Assembly (NCBI GenBank): GCA_051362555.1
Contig: CM120640.1
Coordinates: forward strand, 25,406,225-25,470,224
Direction: 5' to 3'
Length of the DNA stretch: 64,000 bases
From: Lingula anatina
Taxonomy: Eukaryota; Animalia; Brachiopoda
Each line of letters starts with the position of its first letter. Positions within the stretch are counted from its first letter, which is position 1. Positions 48,901 to 61,174 of this stretch are shown one piece after another. The translations under genes were made by a program, and so were the position numbers. The notes below the pieces were generated by a model, which was given only the letters and a program-made list of their open reading frames with translations, was not told the origin of the DNA and made no database searches.

Positions 48901-50927
48901 AACATGTGTATGTTACATTATTTTGACTCCTATGAACAATATATATTTTTAAAATATGTATTATAATTTGGTGTTACAAAGCTGAAAAATTATATTGATC
49001 AGTCTACTAACAAATCTTCTTTATATTCAAGTTTGCCCAAAAACAGCTCTTTACTGGAGAGGGAAGAAGGTCAAGCCTATGCTCCACTGTTCCAAACACT
49101 AAGACTTCATGGTATAATTGATAGTAAGTAGCTTTTCATTTTTACATACATTTCACATTTTTACATTCCAAGGGCATGATACTCTTTATGGATATGGTTA
49201 TCATTAATAAAGCTCACATATTTGAAAACCATTTTCTTTATAAAAAGTATGATGTAGATATTTATTGAACAAAGATGAAAAAAAAGTGAAATGCTGTCTG
49301 TGAAAGTTTTCAGCCTTTGGTTATAAATTTACAACTTTTTTTCCAGGTAGCCACATTCAAGATATTCAGCAGATGAACATCTTGCCACAAAGTTGGATTG
49401 TTCACATCCTAGCTCAGCACTATCAAGCTGTAAGAAAAATATGCTTTGGATTGCTTTCATTTGGGCAGTATATAAAAATAATCACACAGCAGTCGTGCAG
49501 TTTATCTTTTTATACCCATTGCAATAATAATTGTTGCTAATTAAAGATATTTTTTAATGTATGCTGTATCCTTTGTAGCATATAATTCTACTTGAAATTA
49601 ATAATTTCAATTTCATTTTTATATGGTTAATTTATAAAATGATTTAAGAAAACTATGCACAAAAAACCTGTAAGTTTATTGAAAAATGCAGTTATTATTT
49701 GTTGAAAATTAATTCAAGGCAGCATCTTTAAGTTGTATTCCATGTCTGATGTGTATATTAACTGATATAACTATAATACCTGATTGGTTTTTCTTCTATT
49801 TCTGTAGCTTCATGGAGGAGGGGATATGACGCTGATGACCAATTTCAATGCTGCAGCAATTAGACAGGGCTTTATAGTGGATGATGTGAGTTGAGGAAGC
49901 TAGTTTGTTGTTATATGCAGTAATGAGAAGTTTAATTACTGCATTTTGCCAATGCCCCTGCTTGAAAAACATTTACTAATTGCCTTAGCACATAAACCAA
50001 GGGAATTATCATGCAGATCAAATATATTTTTATCATCCTTTTCTCTACACAATAGAAATTGGCATCCTTTCATTCATTCATTTTCTATTTTTGTCTTATG
50101 AATGCTATTTTGGGTCTAATTAAAATTGATTCTGCTTTTGGATTTCCAGGAGCCTCCTTACCACTCTGAGGTGTTCTCCCTCCATGGTTTTCATTTCGAG
50201 ATCAAAGCTGTCAGAACCAGCAAGAGGGGGACATACAGCTTTTACATGCAGGTGATTATGCATCAGCATTAGGGCAACAATCATTCTCATTACAAAATCC
50301 ATCTGTTTGTCATATCTCATGGTAATGCTTAAATGGTAAAATATGCGAGCATGTTCACAATTTCAGCTCTAAGACAACATAACATGACATTATGGGCTGC
50401 CGTCTGAATATGTCACTTGTAAATATTTATTAAAACTAAAAAGAAATAGTGTTTTTGCATTAATATATTAGTATACAATACTGATAAAATGTTAACTTTG
50501 ATGTTTCAGCGTCTAAAACCCACTGACCCTACCCTGACTTTCCGTCAGTGTGAGCGTGCAACTTTCTCCATGCGTCCAGACAGAGACGTCAAGTACAAAA
50601 TAATGGTGCAGACAGTACATGATGGCGAGCAGGAGCTGTATACCACAGGACCTCTTACACAGAGGTTTGGGCTTGGAGACAAGACCAGCAGGAGCGAGGT
50701 ATGTCACCAAAAAGATCATGCCCTTTCTTATTACAAATTTAATAGATCTGTGGAAGAACTTCATTTGAATTGCATGTGCTTCCTACACTTGATTTTGTAA
50801 ACAATTTTTTTTTTTGCCTGGATTTCCAGTCACTGATTTTTGTTCTTCTATATTTCAGGTCATGACAGTGGATAAGCTGGTCAAACCAATCTTTGTGAGC
50901 TTTGCCTTGATATTCCCACCTTCATAA
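42471..50927 (+). CDS. BTBD16: BTB/POZ domain-containing protein 16 (germ-cell-less-related BTB-BACK)
   Basis: Exons approximately 42471-42577, 43379-43445, 45109-45265, 45978-46149, 46448-46551, 46906-47253, 47509-47623, 47900-47968, 48262-48392, 48594-48714, 49032-49123, 49347-49428, 49808-49885, 50149-50250, 50510-50698, 50859-50927. Diagnostic segments VGGTNRWRLP..LGSDLLGSSQ, DVLLHCAGMDWELHRPFLQKSETL, C-terminal PIFVSFALIFPPS. Confidence 0.85.
43475..43720. mobile_element. PIF/Harbinger-like MITE, near-palindromic, inverted relative to the 10614 copy
   Basis: Arms ctccctggggagtctcactaaa...ggcttaaatgtctgtcac and gtgacagacatttaagcc...tttagtgagactccccagggag; right end gggaatggtccc followed by TTA; left end eroded. 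Confidence 0.75.
45848..45922. repeat. (TTTA)n microsatellite
   Basis: Direct reading. Confidence 0.95.
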
Positions 50928-53900
50928 AACTCCCACTGTGTTTGATAAAGATATTAATAATAATTTGAAGATAACTGAAATATAAATCATGATACGCACT
51001 TCCACTGATAGAATGTAAATTTCCTTGGCCATTTGTCTCTCTTTTTCAAAGGACACATTGCACATAAACTGGATAGTATTAAACTTCTGGCAGTAAACAG
51101 TATTACATACAACATAAACATTAAGCAATACATGGCAGTATTGGAAACTAAAATATTTTGCTCAACTAAAATTATCATACCACTGTGATGATTTCATATA
51201 AAGAAGAATTGCAAAGCTGATGCTTTATTTTTATGGATTTTTTGTGGAAGGAGTGAGGACTGATGCAGTTGGTAACCTTGCTTTCCAACTGCAGCATGGT
51301 TTTTACATGTATGTATGTATTATAAACATGAAGATACACTAACCTCATTGGGTATGTCTATATTTACTAGCAGGTGCTTGGGATCTGTGATTGAATTGCA
51401 TTATTAATATCCCTGAACAAAAACATATTTTGGACGTTTAAAAATATTGTGAACTAAAATTGTACTAGAGGTTGCTAAAATGGTCAACAAGTACTTTTTG
51501 TTTAACATGTTATACAAATCATGAAGAAAATGTCTAAAAACTAAGGGCTGCAGAAAGATAATGTGTAGTAAGATAACAAAGTTACTAATAAGTACTGTGG
51601 TATTTGTAAATTGTGCCAAATGTTGAATCTAATCTTATTATTGTTATGCCAAGTGTATTTTGTATATATTGTAAACTGTAACAGCTTTCACAGCATTTGA
51701 ATTTTTGTTTTACAGCGCACTTTTTTCTTATTTAAATTCTTTTCCATTTAAAATATAGAACAAAGGACCTTTGTTGTATTTGTTTCAATATGCATTGTAA
51801 AAATTGCTTTACAGATATCTGCAATAAGCACAGATCATGACAAGCACTTTGCTTCCTCCAATTTCCTTGAATTGAACCATGGAATTGATGCAAAATTTGT
51901 TGTAGTCATTTCTTCAAAACTATTTTCATCCATCCGTGTCTCACATTTGTAGAAGTCTGACATTTCATAAACAAGTGTCTTTTGTGTCTGTTAAGTGCGA
52001 AAGCTATTGTTATTGCGACACTACTGTGATCTTACTAGACTCAATATGAAACAATTAATAAAATAATAAAACATACAGCACATTGATTAAAAATATTCAT
52101 TATTCTTTAATTTTTAATACTTTAAATATTCTTATCTGTGAGAAAACAATAATAAACAAAAGCATCTAACAAGGAAATATTGATGATCAAGCTTATCCAA
52201 ACTAGGTGCATGGCTGTGTAATATTACCATACAAAGTAGAAGTTATTTCTGGGACCATTATCTTTATATGACTTAAATACTGGCCATTATTAATTTACAA
52301 TCACATTCTATACACTTCAATCATAACATGGAATATTTAGCATTATGATTAAAAGACAGCAAAGCTTACAAATATGCAGACATCATGCATAGCACCCAAA
52401 ATAATGTCTTCTTGAACAATTGTGCATTTTAACAGATTTCACAATTTGAACAAAAAAGGAGAATGTATGTTGGAAAAAAAATCTATTTGGATGCTGATCA
52501 GTTAATTCATCTTCCCATTCTATAGCAATCAAGGTGGTTGCTACAACTGTAAGGTCACTTAAACAATCTCACCGTTTATCTAGCATATACTTACTAGATT
52601 AAATATCATTAAATCTGCCAATCAGGTGGGAAAGTTGGTCCAATGGTACACCAGCATGGTTTGTCTTCCAAGAGACTTTTGCAGTCTGGAAGATTTCTAT
52701 CTGGTGATTATGTCAGTTGCCTCATTGAACAAGCTTTTATGAGTCTTAGGAGTTTTTTTTTTATCACAGCTTATTCAATTTCTTAAAGTGGTTGATATCA
52801 ATTAATCAAAAAGTTTAAATCCCTCCATTGATTATAAATTAGTTACCCAGGAACTTTTCAACACTTATTATTTCTTAACACAAAAATACTTAGAATTTCA
52901 ACTACAGGTGTTGTTATCAACTTTATGTACGGACATTTGGGAAGCTAGAAACAGTTTTCAACTAGTTTTCCATGTATTAAGTACTTCATTAAAAAATGCC
53001 ATATATATATATCCTATATCCTAAGACACATTACTAACACATTACTTACACATCTGAAATATTGTAGTAATAAAAATTATACCAACATACTCAAGGCCTG
53101 TTCACATCAGCTCTGACCTGGACCAGAAACAGGTAAAAAATTAATGTCAAAAGATTACTGAACAAAGGATTAAATAGTTGTAACTGGGGGTCACTATGTT
53201 ACCTGGTTATCTATTGATGTCAACCACTCTACAGAAGAACTGATGTAAAAACACCTATAGTTGATAATAAACTTGGATAATTTTATCAATATCAAGATAC
53301 TGCCTTTATTCTACAAAAGCATCTTCCACCCAATCAGAGGAACTGTGACAGCAAAATAACATACAAATAACAGGTCACATAAATGAAGAAAACAATAGAG
53401 AAGAGTAAATACTTGCAAAAGCATGAAAACGATGATGTTTTGTACAACTCCATTGCCCTAGACTATTGATCTAACTCTAGTGAAATGCAGAGGTTGTTTG
53501 TAAAAGCCCTCCTGAGGAAAGCTAACTAATAGTCATTTCTATACATGCATTTGCTTAAGCACTGTCATAAGTATAATTACCCATGAATCCCCTCAAGAAT
53601 GAAATCAAAATGTCTATTATCAATCACTTAAACAATGCATAAACAGAGTTTAGTCTTCCTAATTTTTTTAAATAAATAATTACTATATTGCCTGTTAATT
53701 ATGAAATAAATTGCCAATCTTAATTCCAAACTTTTCATAATCAAACAGCTTTATTAAATAAATGTTATAATAAGAGTGCATATTAAATAAACACCATAAA
53801 GATTTCAATAACCAATGGTGCTACATACAAGAAAAAATATTAGTTCAATAACATGTACTCAGAAAAAAGGTTCATGCTTTAAATCTATCTATAGATAAGT

Positions 53901-54252
53901 GCCCTTTCATAATTGCTTGTTTCCAGTAAAGAGATGGCCCCTTTGGTGAAAATAATATTCCTATTACATATAGATCAGCTAATGGGATAGTTATCCTAAA
54001 TCCAAGTTCCAATCATTAAGTTGATTTGCAATACTGATTGCTAATGATTACTGATGGCCTTTTCCAATAAAAGTATGCTTACCTCCTAAGGGGTATTAAT
54101 TCACAGAATACATGATTTTTAATCATTGCAAATCCAGCACCATATGACAAGAGAAATGTAACAAGCAAGAAATTGGACATGACATTTTAACATAATGATA
54201 TCATTAATGGAATAGGCAGGGATTGGCTTTGTTTTAGAAACCTGTTAAATAA

Positions 54253-54492
54253 TCACCCAACAGATTTCCTTTTTAAAGAGTTGGCCTGGACGTCAAGTGG
54301 CTCACACCAGGGAGTGACAGTCAGGTCACAGATCAGTACCACATTGACTACAGTGAATGGGGACCCATCCACCTCCATATACCTGATGCTATCAACTTCA
54401 TATTGCACATTGTCCACTCCTGTCTCATAGTCCCTGTGTCTGGCAGTCTGGAAACATAAAACATCTGAGGATAACAGGCTGTCTGAAAGTGT

Positions 54493-54578
<86 letters not shown>

Positions 54579-57476
54579 ATGTGTTTTTTTTGGGGGGGTA
54601 TAACCTGCTTTCGTAATAATGTTTTGGGTTTTTTTATCAATCTTGTGTTAAATCACATGTTACATCTAACATGAAAAATAAATTCAAGGTATGCAATGCA
54701 AATAAGACCTTCATAAAGCAAAATATCAATTTTTCTGGAAATTTCAATTTTCCATTTTTCAGTAGGGTATACATTGATGTATCAATAATTAATCCACAAA
54801 TCCATTTTCAAGCTCTTGATTTCTAATTTTTGCCATTTCAAGTGAAGCATTTTCAAATGTCAAGTATGCAATAAGTCATTTTCAAATCAAATAAGAATAA
54901 TGGTCAATTTGATCACTATAGTCACATTTGACCAGTCACATTTGAGGCAGTACTTTGTTCAAAGTAATATTGCCTTTTATAGTACATGTATCCTGTAACA
55001 TATTTTAATTAAGATTGTGTACCCAAATTGAAGAAGCTGGATTGAAAAGAAGTTCACAAAAGTAAAATTATACCTCAATAAAGAATATTTTCGAATAATA
55101 TTATGTGAAATGACATTTTGGCAAGATGAAAAAATTTAGAGCTTGCATACATCTTACACTGTTCATCCATCAATTCTTTGGATCCTGGGCACTTGTTTTC
55201 AAATTTCAGCTAATTTGGTCACATGTTTTGGAAGTGGGCGCTTGATTTCAAGAAAAAACTTGCTGTAAATTGCTAATGGATGTAAAATTACCTCTTTCTG
55301 ATCAGGTGTCTTCTTCATATCTCGTTTCCTCTTTTTCCTGTCATGTATATGCTTGAATGTATGATAACCAGTTGTGAAGTTGGCTGGTCTAAAAATCTGA
55401 AAATTAACCAAATTTAGATACAGACAGTTCATGTTTTAAATCACAAGCAGTGGTTAACTTTTAAACCAAAACCCAGCATTTTTTTTTCTAAAGTAATGGT
55501 TATAATTTTAAAGTTAAATTCAAAGTATGCTGTGGGGGTAGATTCCCTCAGGTGAGGTGATCATCTTTTTGATTGCTACCTGAGATTAACATATTGAGCT
55601 TCGCCTGTCCTTTGTTAAGCCATTGCTATCATAATTTCTGATATTAATCTGGTAACAGTCTACCTGAGATGTTAAGATAATGAAGCTGGGCTACATGCTT
55701 TGATCAACTTGATCAATACATATCATGCTTATCTTGATGACACCTACATTCTTTTGTTAAATACGGGTGGTTAACTGACTATTAGAGAACATACGCAACT
55801 ATGCACATTAGGTACAAAATAATCCTCTTTAGAAAAATTGTATGCTTGATGAGTATGCCTGGAAACAAGTTTGAGGTGGAAAAAGGATTGTATAATCATA
55901 TTACTTGACAGTAACTTTTACATACAAACTGCATTCAAGAAAAAAAAAACCCACAGAAAAAAGTTATTAGTATGGTATGCTTACTACATATAGATGTACA
56001 CTATGTTTTACGTAAATGGGTCTACATTTTGAAAAATAAATCTGCTAAATAGCAAGTATTTTTCCTTATCCTAAGACACCCTACTGACAATAAATATAAA
56101 ACCTTTTAATTAACAATGTATAGTGAAGCAATATTCCCTATTAATATTTACCTAGTGAGCATGACAAATGTTATCTCCGGTCAACAATCTGAGCAATTTT
56201 ATTGCACTTACATTTAACTTGGCTTGCTTTATGCGAACATAAAACTCATCATCTTCTCTACCCCAGCCCCAGTATCGATTTGATAATCCATTTACCTGAA
56301 AGCATTGATATTATTACATTAATTTAAATAAAACAAATATAAAAGACATAACAGATATGAAGTATAAATTACAAGCATTTCTAAACCAAATTTCTAAACT
56401 AAATTGAGTTCTATACAAATGCTAAACTGCATGGCTTTTGATATTAAGCTTATCATAAAATGTTTATAACACGAAAGTGAACTTACCACTTCTTAATATT
56501 ACACTGTGAGGATCTTTGACCTTTCAGATGAAATTTGTCTTTTTTATTTCTTGCATACTGCAATCTGAATGTGTGTGACAATACTGGTACCTCAACAAAC
56601 AAATTCTGGTTATGTAAGTTTTTGTTTTTGTCAGAAAATAGCATTTTATTTCCTTTTTTGTTAATGGCACATTTTAGTTACTCACCAGCTGAAAGTGTTC
56701 ATTTCTCAGCAACAAGATGCCACCAACAAATGTCTTATAATGATAAAGAGGGTGAAGCCATGGGGATGACACATGGAATGGACCTTCTTCGGGAAAATCA
56801 TAGCCGAGTTCTGGATTCAATGGCAGCAAATCTACATCATGCATAGCAATGTAGTCACATCCTTCTTTCTTACTGACTAAATAACCAATGTTTATCAGGG
56901 ATCCACGATTGAATCTGCATGAGGAGAAAATACAAAAACAAATATAAGCCAAAATAATGCCATCACAGGATTGTTGAATTTATTATGCACAAACATGAAA
57001 CTGTTAAACACTGTGTTGACCTTACATGATGTTAACCTGAAATTTCTTTAAACATTGTTTATATTACAATACATATATTCCAAAATGTTTAGCATTACTT
57101 CAGTCTTCAGATTATCCTACCTTAGACCATCAGCCTGGTTGATAATGAATATTGTGTGCCTTATTTTTTTCTTGCTCAAAAAATTATGCATGTGAGGAAC
57201 AAATTCCTGGAGCTCTTCAAAGCGGTCCCGAAATGGTACTATCACAGCTAACTTATGACGACCCCACTCAGGGTGGTCACTTTGGTCAGCGCTATGGTCA
57301 ACTCTCTGCTGATGCCCAGTCCATGGAGTGGCTGCAATTGGGCAGCGTGGACACTGCTCTTGCATAGGCATCAAAGACAGATAAATAGTGACCAACAGAC
57401 ACACTGTAACACATAGGACTATCAGCCTTGGCAGGGTCAGTCTGGACATACTGACCAGCCTCCATACTCTGGCCAT
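54253..57476 (-). CDS. B4GALT7: Beta-1,4-galactosyltransferase 7 (xylosylprotein galactosyltransferase I)
   Basis: Exons 57476-57121, 56914-56686, 56295-56212, 55396-55292, 54447-54253. Type II TM; [33 protein letters not shown] (DxD), [41 protein letters not shown]. Leader exon with donor at 58777-78. Confidence 0.95.
54496..54574. repeat. Compound (TA)n(GA)n microsatellite
   Basis: Direct reading. Confidence 0.95.
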
Positions 57477-57922
57477 CAAGGAGGGGACAAGGAGAAGGCA
57501 GGACACCCATCAGGCACTGTGCCGTCTAAAGTGGTAGACAAAGAAAAAAAAATTCATAAGCAAGATCAACACTAAACCAAAGTGGGCGTTTTTCACCTTG
57601 AATACATTTCAAAAATATGATTGTATCATGTATTGAAACATTTCTGGAATACTAATCTGCTATTAACTGTGGGAGAAATGGTTTTAAAAAGTTTTGGCTA
57701 AGTGCTCGACTTGGACATTTCAGTGATTTGAATATATATTCAATCTGCACCTGACTTAAAACATTTTACTGACTTGCAAAGGCCCACTTGTGACTCCCAT
57801 GAAAGGGCATAAGGTAAAATATACGAATCATAAAAATTGAGTTTCAGAGCCAAATCCTAATAACCTGAGACAAATAAGCTTGCTACTTAATGCTAATGGT
57901 GTGTTAAGTGGAAAAAGTGTAT

Positions 57923-58157
57923 GGGCTCATTCCCAATAAAACTACTGTTCTATGTAGATCTATCCAAATCCGTGGGGACTTTTGCTGAATGCAATCAGAT
58001 TAACAGATTAACACACGTCCTTCTGAAATGGAGAAGAATAGAGAAAAGTTGGTTGTTATACAAGTAATTTGCAAATGTTAATCTGATTGCATTCAGGGAT
58101 AGTCCTTGCAGAGTTGGACTGATCTACATGGAACAATATTTCATTGGGAATGAGCCC
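57923..58157. mobile_element. PIF/Harbinger-like MITE (divergent relative of the 10614 and 43475 elements)
   Basis: Perfect 15-bp TIR gggctcattcccaat ... attgggaatgagccc, inner inverted arms ctgaatgcaatcagattaaca / tgttaatctgattgcattcag, flanks TAT and TAC (imperfect 3-bp TSD). Confidence 0.8.
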
Positions 58158-58859
58158 TACAATTTAATTTGACTGTCCCAGCCTAGGCAAGCCCTAATAG
58201 ACACCAGTGAACTACTCTTAGTTTGAATATTATGGAAGATATTATCTATTAGTTGCCAAGGATCCTGTCTCATTTGATACAAAAATTATCAAACCAAAAC
58301 AACTAAACATCAGCTATTATATTAATTTAAAAGTCCAATAATTTGCCTATTCTTCTAATAATAATTTAAAAAAGGCATGATCCCTGGTCAATACAGGACA
58401 GTAGAAAGGATAGGCATCAAAACCGTCATTTGTCTTTTCCCCTCTTTCTACCACATATGCTGAGAATTTCATGAAAAACTTTCATTTTGGTGGATATGAA
58501 ACAAAATTCTGTAGGCTTTACTCCAGTTCATACAAAAATTCAAGGAGGTTTCTAATAGTCAGCACTTTTAAAATACCTGTATACTCCATTTATACCCCAG
58601 TTTCCAGCACACACTTACTATTAGAAATTAAAATTTTAACTAGTTGAACTTAAAGTTAAAGGGCCATTCTGGTCCAGTGCCAATTAGCCTTAGTGTTGAT
58701 GGCATCTTAGCTCTTTTTACGACACTTTTGGTTGGGCAGTTGGGTTTTGAAAAATCATTCAGATCCTGCATACTTTACCTTCTCTTGCCTTCTTCAGGAT
58801 GCATTTTGCTACGTCTGTGAGAACGCCTGCAGATGTGGCTGCCTCCGCGTTCAGCTGTG

Positions 58860-58980
58860 ACTGCCTCCAACGTGGAAAACACCGGATGTACACGGAAATG
58901 CATCTGAAATAACAGCGCATGCGTAGCTATCGCCAGAAATACCGGGATTTTTAAATCAACCGACAGATAGAGGGCATTAC
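58860..58980 (-). promoter_or_regulatory. Probable housekeeping-type promoter of B4GALT7
   Basis: NRF1-like GCGCATGCGT at 58915-58924, ETS-like ACCGGATGT and ACGGAAAT, CpG enrichment next to the leader exon. Confidence 0.5.
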
Positions 58981-61125
58981 TACTAGGTACACGATGGGAA
59001 TTGTAGAAAAAAAATTTTTTTTTTTTTTAGAATTACCTAGCAATGAAATGTAAATAGGATTCCACTAAAGATGACGATAAAATATTGCCCTTATTTAGGT
59101 TACTTTCGTAATTAGCCTACTACAAATTAGCATATGGGCATAGGCTATTAGCAAATCAAGTTGAATAAAAGCATATTTTTGAGGAAAATATTGTTCTGAA
59201 AAAAGTTATTTAACATCCATCTACAAAAGAGTGCACTTATTTTCCAAGATTATGTAGACAAGTTTTAGTATGCATAATATCATTATCAGTAAAAAAAATG
59301 TTTGTCAAAAATTGCAATTAGGCCTACCAGATACCCCCATTAAATTAACATTCAAACTTGCAGATTCGGCATTTTGCCAGATTCAGGATTTTTTTTCAAT
59401 TATTTATTTATTTATTTGTTATTTCATTTCTCAATTTACTAATTTTCTTATTTATTTGATTTTGTAGAGTAAAGCAGGCATGCATGACGGAATTTTAAAA
59501 AAGCAAACAATGGCACTGTTCAAAGGAAAAAAACATTAGGATTTGAACTTGACGTAGGCCTATACCTCAATTTCAACAAAACAATTGTTTTCTCAGTTAT
59601 GTTCGACAATAGATAATCCCAAAAGATGAACAACGACAAAAGAAATGAAGAGGTATTTGTTGGAATCAAAACAACTATAGTTCCACGCATTTATGTTTAT
59701 AACAGGGTCTACTTTTTATAATTATTATTATTATTATTTTGCCTGTTAGATCTATTAGTACTGAATGTGATGCTTCCCGAAATAGATAATCAGCTTACAC
59801 AACACTGATGATTGACACTAAATTAGTTCACAGGTCTTCCTGGAGGTTATATGACAAAGGTATGCTGTTATACTTTGCGCTAAAAATAACAGACATGATA
59901 ACCGTTTCACTCTCCAACAGAGCGCCTGCTTAGCTGAGACTAAGATCTAATAAATATTAGATCTTAGGCTGAGATTGTCACATATTGTAGTCACACTCGT
60001 TACTTAAAAAGAAATCATATATTGAATAATTAAAAATTTTCAATAATCTTATTCAAACCACGTAATCGAAACAATTAATACACATTCTATTCAAGCTTGT
60101 GTTATTTAATAATAATAAAAAAAATAATAATATGACTATGACAAAAAATGTAAATAGATCAATTCAAACATTGACCTACTTCATGGAAATTTCAAAGAAC
60201 CTGAAGATAGCGTGCCATACTGGCTGTAGGCCTGCGAAACACGCATGGATTTTGGTCTTCCATGTCGAAGAAAGCATTTACACCACCATATTAGTATACA
60301 TAACACCGACACAAAGAGGTGACTATATGTTTATTACATACGGAGTATGAATTACAACTATACAATATAATAAATGAGTTGGCGCTATCGCAGGGTAAGC
60401 CATGTGGTTATTATGTTCCGTTGCTCTTGTTCGACAAGCTTTTCGAACGACAAAATTAGAAGAACAAAGGCAATGTATGTGAATTTCAATGTTTTTATTT
60501 CTGTTTTAGAAGTGTTCGGCACTGTTAGGATCTCCTTATTTCACTCGGGGGGGGGGGGGGATGGTCAGGCAATCTAAGGGATAGGGACTATGTAACAAAT
60601 GTGATAATAAGATTCTAAGCAAAAATTATTCTGTAAAAATTATCGTGTTTTGCATATTTTTTCTACAATTATCTTGTAATTTTTACCTTTTCCTTTCATT
60701 CTGTAAAAATATTTTTTACAAAAATTGTTACTATCCCTTTTGTCATTTTGAACATTGAATGCAATCTTGAATTTCGATATTTAAAAAAAATTGATTTACA
60801 TATTGTTGCATTTATTGCATTAGTAACAAAATAAGGCAATGGCTCTTCTAAAACGTGCAATACACAGCAATACACAGCAATCGCAAAATTATCTTTGATA
60901 CGCCCACCCCTTGCCTGGTATTGCTACGGTTATTTTGGCGTGGGAAAGGCTTGTCTACACCAGAGCGGGTGGCGAATTGATTGATATTTGAACAAGAAAT
61001 GGAACGATATTTTCAAAATTAGAAGGGAGACAAGTTAATAGAATGGAAGATTGATTGTTTGGATCAAATGTCTTTGGAGTGTCAAACTTATGTGTGTTTG
61101 GCGGATGGTTTGAGATGGGGGGGGG

Positions 61126-61130
<5 letters not shown>

Positions 61131-61171
<41 letters not shown>
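61131..61171. repeat. (GA)n microsatellite
   Basis: Direct reading. Confidence 0.9.
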
Positions 61172-61174
<3 letters not shown>

